64,000 bases of DNA, taken from assembly GCA_964539765.1 (NCBI GenBank), contig CAZIJZ010000010.1, positions 8,902 through 72,901 of the forward strand, given 5' to 3'. Each line of letters begins with the position of its first letter. The stretch's first letter is position 1. The stretch is from an uncultured Smithella sp. (GTDB lineage: Bacteria; Desulfobacterota; Syntrophia; Syntrophales; Smithellaceae). The notes below the pieces were generated by a model, which saw only the letters and a program-made list of their open reading frames with translations, did not search any database and was not told where the DNA came from. A program made the translations under genes and the position numbers. Below are positions 40,298 through 48,486 of the stretch, piece after piece.

Positions 40298-40744
40298 ATG
40301 ATGCAGAGAGTGAACGACATTTTAAAAAGCAAACCGAAGCAACTGTGGACGATTATTCCGGACGCTACTGTATTTGACGCCCTTAAGATTATGGCCGATA
40401 AGGAAATCGGGGCATTGATGGTTGTTGATAAAAAAGGTAAAGTTGCCGGCATAATTACCGAACGTGATTATGCAAGAAAGATTGTCCTGAAAGGTAAAAG
40501 TTCTCCCAAAACACTGGTCAAAGAAATCATGACACCTTTTAATAAAATGTTTGCGGTGAAGCCGGATACTTCCGTTGAAGATTGCATGGTATTAATGACA
40601 GGCAAGCATATAAGACATGTTCCGGTTTTTGATGGTTCCAAGTTCATGGGAATTATTTCCATTGGCGATGCTGTTAAATCGGCAATTTCCGAAAAGGATG
40701 TGCTGATTAATCAGTTAAGTAACTATATTGCCGGAAAATATTGA
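40298..40744 (+). CDS. CBS domain pair protein
   Basis: The ATG at 40298 lies 5 nt after AGGAGG (40287-40292). 148 aa with two CBS motifs (..GALMVVD..GK..GIITERD... and HVPVFD......GIISIGD). The ORF-track start at 40223 has no RBS. Confidence 0.85.
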   Translation: MMQRVNDILKSKPKQLWTIIPDATVFDALKIMADKEIGALMVVDKKGKVAGIITERDYARKIVLKGKSSPKTLVKEIMTPFNKMFAVKPDTSVEDCMVLMTGKHIRHVPVFDGSKFMGIISIGDAVKSAISEKDVLINQLSNYIAGKY

Positions 40745-40787
40745 TTTGTTAATTATTTTAGTAATTTGAGTCGTTTAGTAATTTTTC

Positions 40788-40820
40788 AAGGCAGGGGTGG
40801 TGAAAACCCTGCCTTTTTTA
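40788..40820 (+). terminator. Rho-independent terminator after the CBS gene
   Basis: GGCAGGG (40790-40796) / CCCTGCC (40807-40813), a 10-nt loop, then T6. Confidence 0.85.
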
Positions 40821-41015
40821 TGAATTCTGGGTTATTTTTCGCTTGAAAAAACAAGATAATTGGGGAGTTTGTTAAAAAAGCTAAACAAATCAAATCACTA
40901 CATATTGTGGTTGAGTCGGAACAAAACCACATTTTGTTGTATTTTCCCTTTACAAAGGCATGTTCTTTTGCTAAAATTCCACAAATTTTAAACAATTCAA
41001 TCAAGATGTTTTTTT

Positions 41016-44000
41016 ATGAATCTGAAAAGTTTGGAAATAGCGGGTTTTAAATCATTTCGCGACAGGGTTATCCTTGATTTCTCCAATGGCGTTACAGGAA
41101 TCGTCGGTCCTAATGGTTGCGGTAAATCTAATATTGTTGATGCCATCCGCTGGGTGATGGGAGAACAAAGGGTCAAAGCTCTGCGTGGAAAAAAGATGGA
41201 TGACGTTGTTTTCAACGGCAGTCAGGATTCTGCGCCGGTAAGCATGGCGGAAGTGACGATGACGCTGTTTGCCAACGGTCAAAGTTTTCCCGGAGCGTAT
41301 TCTGAATTAAACGAAATATCCATTGCCCGCCGGGTTGTTCTGGACGGAGAGAGTGAATACTATATTAATAAAGCTCCCTGCCGTCTTCTCGATATCAAGG
41401 AATTCTTCATGGGCACCGGTGTCGGTGCCCGAACCTATTCTCTGGTCGAACAGGGACATGTCACCAACCTTGTCGAAGCCAAGCCCGAAGACAGAAGATT
41501 GTACATCGAAGATGCCGCCGGTGTATCAAAGTATAAGAGTCGCAAGGAAGCAGCCGTCCGTAAAATGGAATTGACGAAACAGAACATGGTGCGGCTCAAC
41601 GATATCATTAAGGAAGTCAAATCGCAGCTCAATACCATCTCCAGGCAGGCAAAACGAGCGGAACAGTATAAAAACATCAAGCAGGAAAGCAGGGAGGCGG
41701 AAACAACCGTGACCCTGCAGGCCTATGTGGATTTTGCCGAGAAAGAATCAGCCCTGCAGAATCAACGCACGGAATTGCAGAACCAGGAAGCTCTTATTCA
41801 CGCGAATCTGGAAGCAAAAGAATCAACATTGGATGAAATGAAAATGAAGCTTCTGGAAAATGAAGAGCTGACGGCAAACGTTCAGCAGCAACTCTACGAG
41901 ATAAAAAACACCATCAGCATAAAAGAAAAAAGCATTGAATTTGCTCAGCGTCAAATTGCTGATGTTTCCGAACGCAAACAGAAAGATCTGGCGGAAATTC
42001 AGACCCTGCAGACCAGAAAAGCTGACGTAAGCGCAGAAATTGAAAATCTGCGGAAAACCTCGACGGAGGCGGAAGAGAAAATCTCTGCTTTGAACGTCGA
42101 GCGCGAAAAGGTTCAACAGAAGGTTCAGGAACTTGGCAATACCGATAAGGAATTGAGCAGCCGGCTGGAAGAAAAAAAGATTTCATTTATCGACATTGTG
42201 ACGGAAAAAGCCAAACTGCACAACATGATTTCCAGTCTGACCAAAAACATCGAGGACCTGAAAAAACGGGAAGAACGTGAAATCCGCGAACTTGATGAAG
42301 ATCAGAAAAAACTGGCCGATGCATCCGGAAAACTGGAAACGATTGTTGAAGGGTTGAAGACGGAGGAAACGGAAATTACCCGACTGGAAGCAAAGATGAC
42401 GGAGGCTTTATCCGAACTGGAGAGGGCAAAGTCAGACTTGCAGTTCAATGAAGAAGATGTTGCAAAAATTAAAGAAGACACCCATGTTAAATCTTCCCGG
42501 CTTATTTCTCTCAAAGAGTTTCAGGAAGCGTCCAAGTGGAGCAATGAGGGAATTAAAACAATCATTGAAAACAAAGATTACCATGATAAATTTTATGGAG
42601 TTATTGCTGATCATATCAGCGTGCCCCGTGAGTATGAGGCCGCCGTGGAGGCCGTGCTGGGAGAAAAACTTCAGTACGTGGTGGTGGAAAGCCAGGCAGA
42701 CGGTCTGCGCGCGATTGATTATTTAAAAAGCTATCAACTGGGGCGAGGCAGTTTTGTTTCCGTTGATTTGAGAAATCATGGCGTGAAAACCTACAGTGAG
42801 GAGCATCTCAACGAAGCACAGCCCCTCCTGGACAAAGTGAATGTCCGTGATGATTTTCAACCCATCGTGGATTGTCTGCTGGGAGACGTATTGCTGATCC
42901 CGACGATCGAAACCGGAATTTCCCTCTGGGAGAAAAACGGTTTCCGGGGGACTTTTGTCACGCCGGAAGGAGACATTATCAGTCCGCACGGTGTGTTGAC
43001 CGGCGGCAGTTCTTCGGCCGTGGAAAAAAGCCTGCTGGCGACCAAAAGAGAAATCGGCGAGCTGGAAGATGACGTATCGAAACTGACCGTTGAGCTGGAG
43101 ATCAAAACAAATCAAAAGATGATCCTCCTTGCCGCGATCTCCCGCTGGGAAGAGGAAACTTCCCAGATAAAAACAGAAATTCATGCTCTGGAAATTGCTG
43201 TCAACGGCAGAAAAAAAGATCATGAACGTTTTGGAGACGAGATCAACAGATTAAAGCAGCGCGTTGCGGTTCTGGAATTCAACAGACAGAATCTGCATAC
43301 GGAAAAATCAGAAGCAGAGGAAAGGCTTCGCACATTCGGCAGCGACGTGTTGCACAAGGACGAGGAAGAAAAACAGGTTAATGAGATCATTTCCGGCTTG
43401 AACGTTCAAAAAGAACAGTCCCGGGCTCAGATTGACGAACAGGAACGATATTTAACGGCAAGAAAAATTGAGATTGCTTCTCTGGAAGAGAAAAAGGAAG
43501 CTGATTTACGGACGATATCAAGGCTGCAGGATCAAATCATTGCCATGGAGAGTGAAGCTAAAGCCAAAGAAGAAGAAATCATTCTTTGTGAAAAACAGGT
43601 TGCTGAATTAACACAAACCATTGAAACCGAGCAGGTTCTGCTGAAAGATTTGTACGGCAGCTTCGCGACACAGGAAACGCTTCTCGCGGAAAAGAAAGCC
43701 GAACAGAATCGAGAAGATGCGCAGTTGAAAATCAAAGAAGGTGAAATCAGGGAAATAAAAAAGAGCATTGATGATTTACGTCAGCAAATCAATGAAATGG
43801 AAATCCAATGCCGGGAAACAGCCCTGAACAGAGAAAACCTGCGAAAGGGCGTGGCTGAAAAATATGAAATTGATTTGGCAGGTACGGCTCCGGGTTTTGA
43901 AAAAGTCACGGAAGAAAAACTGGCCGAACTGACGGCTTTGCTGGAGAAAAACAAGCAGATAATCGACAATTTTGGCGAGGTAAATCTGCTGGCGCTGAAT

Positions 44001-44564
44001 GAATACGAAGAACTGGATAAACGCTATAACTTCCTGTCAACACAGATAGCGGATTTGAATTCCTCCCTCAATGTCTTGCAGCGAACCATCGCGCGGATTA
44101 ACAAAATTTCCCGTGCCAGATTTGCCGAAACCTTTGAAGCCGTGAATGCCTGCTTCAAAGAAGTATTTGCGCAGATTTTCCTCGGCGGACGGGGTGAACT
44201 GATTCTGACGGATGAAAACGACCTGCTGGAAACTGGCGTGGATATTGACATTCAGGTGCCCGGCAAGAGAAAACAAAACGTGAATCTGCTTTCCGGCGGT
44301 GAAAAATCACTGGTGGCCGTTGCGCTGATTTTCGCTATTTTAAAATATCGCCCCTCGCCGTTTCTGGTGCTGGACGAAGTTGATGCCGCCCTGGATGATG
44401 CCAACACCAATCTGTTTAACCGGTTGATTAAAGATGTGGCCGGGAACTCTCAGGTTGTGATGATTACACACAACAAGAGCACGATGGAAGTAGCCGATAC
44501 GCTCTTTGGCGTGACTATGCAAAAACAGGGGATATCTACCCTGGTCTCCGTCAATCTCAACTAG
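41016..44564 (+). CDS. smc: Chromosome segregation protein SMC
   Basis: MNLKSLEIAGFKSF, Walker A GPNGCGKSN, long coiled coils with a central hinge, signature LSGGEKSL, Walker B FLVLDEVDAALD. 1182 aa. Confidence 0.96.
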   Translation: MNLKSLEIAGFKSFRDRVILDFSNGVTGIVGPNGCGKSNIVDAIRWVMGEQRVKALRGKKMDDVVFNGSQDSAPVSMAEVTMTLFANGQSFPGAYSELNEISIARRVVLDGESEYYINKAPCRLLDIKEFFMGTGVGARTYSLVEQGHVTNLVEAKPEDRRLYIEDAAGVSKYKSRKEAAVRKMELTKQNMVRLNDIIKEVKSQLNTISRQAKRAEQYKNIKQESREAETTVTLQAYVDFAEKESALQNQRTELQNQEALIHANLEAKESTLDEMKMKLLENEELTANVQQQLYEIKNTISIKEKSIEFAQRQIADVSERKQKDLAEIQTLQTRKADVSAEIENLRKTSTEAEEKISALNVEREKVQQKVQELGNTDKELSSRLEEKKISFIDIVTEKAKLHNMISSLTKNIEDLKKREEREIRELDEDQKKLADASGKLETIVEGLKTEETEITRLEAKMTEALSELERAKSDLQFNEEDVAKIKEDTHVKSSRLISLKEFQEASKWSNEGIKTIIENKDYHDKFYGVIADHISVPREYEAAVEAVLGEKLQYVVVESQADGLRAIDYLKSYQLGRGSFVSVDLRNHGVKTYSEEHLNEAQPLLDKVNVRDDFQPIVDCLLGDVLLIPTIETGISLWEKNGFRGTFVTPEGDIISPHGVLTGGSSSAVEKSLLATKREIGELEDDVSKLTVELEIKTNQKMILLAAISRWEEETSQIKTEIHALEIAVNGRKKDHERFGDEINRLKQRVAVLEFNRQNLHTEKSEAEERLRTFGSDVLHKDEEEKQVNEIISGLNVQKEQSRAQIDEQERYLTARKIEIASLEEKKEADLRTISRLQDQIIAMESEAKAKEEEIILCEKQVAELTQTIETEQVLLKDLYGSFATQETLLAEKKAEQNREDAQLKIKEGEIREIKKSIDDLRQQINEMEIQCRETALNRENLRKGVAEKYEIDLAGTAPGFEKVTEEKLAELTALLEKNKQIIDNFGEVNLLALNEYEELDKRYNFLSTQIADLNSSLNVLQRTIARINKISRARFAETFEAVNACFKEVFAQIFLGGRGELILTDENDLLETGVDIDIQVPGKRKQNVNLLSGGEKSLVAVALIFAILKYRPSPFLVLDEVDAALDDANTNLFNRLIKDVAGNSQVVMITHNKSTMEVADTLFGVTMQKQGISTLVSVNLN

Positions 44565-44682
44565 CCAGATTTCAAATCCATTTCTTTACTTCTTCGTGAA
44601 AAATAGTTATTGTAAACGTCCAATTATAAGGGCTTTTAACCTTCGGCTTGCTGGAAGCGTATTGGAATTGGTGCGTTGTAAT

Positions 44683-44767
44683 CAGACGCAAGCTTCAGAA
44701 GCACAGCGCCTGAAGCTTGCAGGTCGAATGATCCCGCGAAGCGAGGGTACAATACTCTGCTGATTGC
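44683..44767 (+). repeat. Hairpin element family, copy A (unclassified structured intergenic element)
   Basis: cAGAC, then a perfect 11-bp stem GCAAGCTTCAG (44688-44698) / CTGAAGCTTGC (44710-44720). Loop AAGCACAGCGC. 3' flank AGGTCGAATGATCC (44721-34), then CGCGAAGCGAGGGTACAAT..CTGCTGATT. Homologous to 46470-46587 (-) and 57565-57646 (+). Confidence 0.7.
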
Positions 44768-44842
44768 TGCGAAATATTTTCTAAAGCCTGCGTCAGAATC
44801 CGTCCCGTGATTCATACATCATCGCAGAAGAAAGGTGCGTCT

Positions 44843-45763
44843 ATGGCAAAAATGGGTTTTTTTGAAAAATTAAAAACAGGACTGACGAAGACGAGAGCGG
44901 TCCTGACTAAAAATCTGGATAATCTTGTGTTCGGCAAAAGGGTCCTAGACCAGGAACTTTTTGAGGAGCTGGAAGAAATTCTGATTTCGGCTGATATGGG
45001 CCCGCAGTTTACCTATGATCTGATTGATGATGTTAAGCAGCGCGTCAGCCGGAACGAGTTGAACAATGCGCAGGAAATCAAGAAGGTCTTGCAGGAGCGC
45101 ATGACGACCATTTTGCAAAAGATGGAAAAGCCGCTGGTGATTCCCCGCAACAAGCCTTTTGTGATCATGACCATCGGGGTTAACGGCAGCGGTAAAACAA
45201 CAACGATCGGTAAACTGGCCAACATGATCAAGAGTGAGGGACACGAGATCCTGCTGGTGGCGGCGGACACGTTTCGGGCGGCGGCGGTTGAACAGCTTGA
45301 GGTCTGGGGGGCGCGCGTGGGCGCTCCCGTCATCAAGCACAAAACCAATGCTGATCCCGCGGCGGTTGTTTTTGACGCCATGTCCAAAATCAAGTCCGGT
45401 TTTTCCGGCGTGGTTATCGTGGACACGGCGGGGAGACTGCACACCCGGATTAATCTGATGGAAGAGCTGAAAAAAATTAAAAGAATCATCAACAAAGAAC
45501 TGCCGGAGTTGTCACCGGAAATCCTGTTGATTCTCGATGCAACCACCGGCCAGAATGCCGTTGTTCAGGCCAAGACATTTAAAGAAGAAATTGGAGCAAC
45601 CGGGATTGTTTTGACGAAACTGGACGGGACTTCCAAAGGCGGGGTGGTGGTGAGAATTGCCAGCGAACTGGATCTTCCCGTGCGGTACATCGGTGTCGGC
45701 GAGGGGCTGGATGATTTGCGTGTTTTTGAAAGCGGCAATTTTACGAAAGCCCTTCTGGATTAA
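44843..45763 (+). CDS. ftsY: Signal recognition particle receptor FtsY (short form, NG domain only)
   Basis: The ATG at 44843 gives MAKMGFFEKLKTGL.KTR, a typical FtsY start. GVNGSGKTTT, DTAGR, TKLDGT.KGG. The ORF-track start at 44807 adds 12 aa without support. Confidence 0.93.
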   Translation: MAKMGFFEKLKTGLTKTRAVLTKNLDNLVFGKRVLDQELFEELEEILISADMGPQFTYDLIDDVKQRVSRNELNNAQEIKKVLQERMTTILQKMEKPLVIPRNKPFVIMTIGVNGSGKTTTIGKLANMIKSEGHEILLVAADTFRAAAVEQLEVWGARVGAPVIKHKTNADPAAVVFDAMSKIKSGFSGVVIVDTAGRLHTRINLMEELKKIKRIINKELPELSPEILLILDATTGQNAVVQAKTFKEEIGATGIVLTKLDGTSKGGVVVRIASELDLPVRYIGVGEGLDDLRVFESGNFTKALLD

Positions 45764-45788
45764 GTAAGAACAGAAAACGGACAGAGTT

Positions 45789-46436
45789 ATGATGAAAAAA
45801 ATCTTTGCCGTCGGCGATATTCACGGTTGTCTGACCAGGCTTAGAGATCTGATGTCCAGAATTGACATGGACGATGATAACGACACGCTGGTCTTTATCG
45901 GCGATTATATCGATCGCGGTAAATCCAGCCGGGAAGTCGTCGATTATGTCCTCGAACTGAAAGACAAGTATAAAAATGTGGTCTGTCTGCTTGGTAATCA
46001 CGAACAGATGTTCATGAATTATCTTGCGGGAAGAGATGAAGATATGTATCTGAGGAACGGCGGCCTGCAGACTCTTCGTTCCTATGAAATTTCTCTTACG
46101 GACGGCCTGGAGGAACGAGAAGATAAGATTCCCGCACAGCATCAAATATTTTATGAATCGCTTCTGCCTTATTATGAAACCGAAAAGTATATTTTTGTTC
46201 ATGCCGGTCTCAGATTGGGTTTGCCGCTCAAAGAGCAAACCCCGGACGATCTTCTGTGGATACGATACGAGTTTATCAATGCGGAAGATGATTTCGGCAA
46301 GCCGGTTGTCTTTGGCCATACACCGTTTATTAATCCGTTGATTGAAAAAAATAAGATAGGCATAGATACCGGCGCGGTTTACGGCGGTAAACTTACTTGC
46401 GTGGAACTGCCGGACGTCAAAATATTTCAGGCGTAA
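45789..46436 (+). CDS. Metallophosphoesterase (PPP-family Ser/Thr phosphatase / ApaH-like)
   Basis: GDIHG, GDYIDRG, GNHE and a later HAG/GHT histidine motif form the calcineurin-like phosphoesterase signature set. 215 aa. Confidence 0.85.
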   Translation: MMKKIFAVGDIHGCLTRLRDLMSRIDMDDDNDTLVFIGDYIDRGKSSREVVDYVLELKDKYKNVVCLLGNHEQMFMNYLAGRDEDMYLRNGGLQTLRSYEISLTDGLEEREDKIPAQHQIFYESLLPYYETEKYIFVHAGLRLGLPLKEQTPDDLLWIRYEFINAEDDFGKPVVFGHTPFINPLIEKNKIGIDTGAVYGGKLTCVELPDVKIFQA

Positions 46437-46469
46437 GTATCACGGGCATGAATGCAAAAGCAAATACTT

Positions 46470-46587
46470 GAATATCATGCAGCCTCACTTAGCTTCGCAC
46501 GCGGGATAATTCCCAATCCCGATTTATCGGGCTTGGATAGTTCGACTTACAAATTTCATTATGCTGCACTTATGAAATTTGAGTCTC
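46470..46587 (-). repeat. Hairpin element family, copy B (inverted relative to copy A; carries a 31-nt insertion)
   Basis: Read on the minus strand: GAGAC-t-CAAATTTCAT / ATGAAATTTG (plus coordinates 46550-59 / 46572-81). Loop AAGTGCAGCATA. Flank AAGTCGAACTATCC. A 31-nt insert (46504-46534) holds two small hairpins (CCCGAT/ATCGGG and GGGA/TCCC). Then CGCGTGCGAAGC..GAGGCTGCATGAT. Confidence 0.7.
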
Positions 46588-46656
46588 ACGACGACTGACG
46601 CTTCAAACATCACTTCGTTTGTTTTTAGCGAGGCTCATTAAATTGGAGTTTCAACA

Positions 46657-47559
46657 ATGAAAATTATCGAATGTGTGCCGAATTTCAGCGAGGGATGCGA
46701 CTCTGAAAAACTGAAGTCCATTGCCGGAGTTTTTAAATCATTTTCCCAGGTCCGGCTGGTCGATTTCAGCGGTGATGCCGATCATAACCGGAGCGTTTTT
46801 ACTTTCATCGGCAAACCGGACGATGTTTTGGAGGCTGCCCTGGCCTCCTGCGGGAAAGCGCTGGAATTAATTGATATGCGCAGGCAATCGGGCGTACATC
46901 CGCGGTTGGGGGCGGTTGATGTTGTTCCTTTTATTCCGCTGGCCGGAGCAAAAATGAAAGACGCCGTCGATTTAGCCCATGCTTTCGGTAAACAATTTTC
47001 GGAGCAATTCGGCGTGCCGGTATATTTCTACGGCTTCGCGGCGCGCAACGTTCAATGCATTGAACTTCCGGATGTTCGCCGCGGAGGTTATGAACGTCTG
47101 GCCGATAAGATGTCCTGCGCGGGAGGCGTTCCCGATGTGGGAGAAAACACATTCAATGCCCGTTCCGGCGCCACAGCCGTGGGCGCCCGGGATTTGCTGG
47201 TGGCATACAATATCAATCTGGCCTCTGACGATCTGCTTTTGGCACGGCACATTGCTTCGCGAATCAGAGAAAAGGGCGGGGGACTGAAAAATGTACGGGC
47301 GATTGGCGTGATGCTGAAAGAAAGGGGCGTGGCTCAGGTATCCATCAATCTGATCGATTGTAAAGAAACGCCTTTGAAGGCGGTGTTTGACCGGGTGCAA
47401 ACCCTCGCTGCCGAGGGAGGTGTCCAGATTCTGGAATCGGAACTCATTGGTCTGGCGCCCAAGTGCGCTTTTGCCGGCGCTAAGCCCGAATATCTGAAGC
47501 TGATAAATTTTGACGAAAACCGGATACTGGAAAAACACATAAAACTTTTGTTGAAATAA
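46657..47559 (+). CDS. Glutamate formimidoyltransferase (formiminotransferase domain only)
   Basis: MKIIECVPNFSEG is the hallmark N-terminus. HNRSV.TF.G. Length is 300 aa with no cyclodeaminase domain. Confidence 0.85.
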   Translation: MKIIECVPNFSEGCDSEKLKSIAGVFKSFSQVRLVDFSGDADHNRSVFTFIGKPDDVLEAALASCGKALELIDMRRQSGVHPRLGAVDVVPFIPLAGAKMKDAVDLAHAFGKQFSEQFGVPVYFYGFAARNVQCIELPDVRRGGYERLADKMSCAGGVPDVGENTFNARSGATAVGARDLLVAYNINLASDDLLLARHIASRIREKGGGLKNVRAIGVMLKERGVAQVSINLIDCKETPLKAVFDRVQTLAAEGGVQILESELIGLAPKCAFAGAKPEYLKLINFDENRILEKHIKLLLK

Positions 47560-47560
47560 A

Positions 47561-47857
47561 TTATGTTTTCTTCTTGGCCTCTTTCTTTTTTGCTTTGGCC
47601 AGCGCTTTCAGCATTTTTTTATCGGGAACGTCGTTCGTCGGCGCGGCAGCCGGTTGAGGCAGGACAGGCCGTTCTTTGGAAAAATCTGAAGCCATTTCTT
47701 CTTTATCATCATCCGCTTTATTCCGGTCTGCCTGTATTTTTTTGGCGATTGCTTCCGCCGCCATTCTACCGAATTGTCCGATAAATCCGGCAATCAGAAC
47801 CAGAACAATCCATTTCAGTACAGACCAGGTGCTGATATATTCCAGTAAGTCGTTCAT
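47561..47857 (-). CDS. Small single-pass membrane protein with Pro/Lys-rich tail (hypothetical)
   Basis: 98 aa. TM helix WIVLVLIAGFIGQFG. Charged C-terminal part ends KALAKAKKKEAKKKT. It is the last gene of the minus-strand gat-mtnA operon. Confidence 0.5.
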   Translation of the reverse strand: MNDLLEYISTWSVLKWIVLVLIAGFIGQFGRMAAEAIAKKIQADRNKADDDKEEMASDFSKERPVLPQPAAAPTNDVPDKKMLKALAKAKKKEAKKKT

Positions 47858-47871
47858 CGTTTGCTGAATAC

Positions 47872-48486
47872 CTAGATCAGTTGCAAAAGTTCCTGCGGTT
47901 TATCGTACAGATAATCCGGCTGGGCGGCGGCCATTTTTTCTTTGCTGTGCCATCCCCACGTAACGCCCACCGTTTTGATTCCGGCCTGCTTGCCTTCCTT
48001 AATGTCCCCCGTCGTGTCACCGACGTAGTAAATATTATTTAATTCGCTATTGTATTTTTTTGCGGCATAGAGAATCTTCTCTTTTTTACTGAACATAAAG
48101 TCGGAGCCGAGTATGTCTCTAAAATAGTCGTCGTAATGGAATAAATCAAGCGCTTCCTTTATGGAGGCGTAATCGTTGGAAGAAACAACAATGAGGCAAT
48201 GTTTTTTATGCAATTCTTCAATAACCGCGGCAACGGCAGGAAAGGGCTTCATGTCGCTGATTTTAACCTGCGCGAGAATATCCCCGGCCGCTTTCATAAA
48301 GACATCCAGATCTATGCCTTTATTTTTCAGGGATTCATAAAAATTGTCTTCGAAGAGCTCCAGAAATTCCTCTCTGCTTTGTATCAGAGGCTGTTTTATA
48401 TCTTTGAGACAGTCGGTTACCGTTTTTTCATAAACATCGAGCGAGTCGGCCAGAACCCCGTCAAAATCAAAAAGGAACAACTTCAT
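47872..48486 (-). CDS. HAD-superfamily hydrolase (phosphoglycolate phosphatase-like)
   Basis: Motif I LFDFDGVLADS. Motif II VVSS. Motif III/IV K.......YVGDT..D...G..AG. Confidence 0.85.
   Translation of the reverse strand: MKLFLFDFDGVLADSLDVYEKTVTDCLKDIKQPLIQSREEFLELFEDNFYESLKNKGIDLDVFMKAAGDILAQVKISDMKPFPAVAAVIEELHKKHCLIVVSSNDYASIKEALDLFHYDDYFRDILGSDFMFSKKEKILYAAKKYNSELNNIYYVGDTTGDIKEGKQAGIKTVGVTWGWHSKEKMAAAQPDYLYDKPQELLQLI

Noticed and set aside
44728-44763. An 11-codon ORF (MIPRSEGTILC*) starting at the ATG inside the conserved flank AGGTCGAATG of copy A.
   Set aside because: The ATG is not conserved in copies B and E. The SD spacing would be only 4 nt. The peptide has no features.
44565-44806. 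I asked whether the structured spacers 44565-44806 and 46437-46656 are tRNA, SRP (4.5S), 6S or tmRNA genes.
   Set aside because: - No cloverleaf can be drawn. The GTCGAAnnATCC motif resembles a T-loop string, but its flanking arms are not complementary.
- There is no SRP domain-IV motif.
- The length and bubble architecture do not fit 6S RNA.
46512-46540. The string CCAAGCCCGAUAAA (minus strand of copy B) resembles part of the twister ribozyme core (CCCAAGCCCGGAUAAAAG in the rice example).
   Set aside because: Here the CCCGAU segment pairs locally with AUCGGG. The required P1/P2 helices, the GCC/GGG pseudoknot partners and a UA cleavage context are missing. The string lies in the 31-nt insertion, which is absent from copies A and E.
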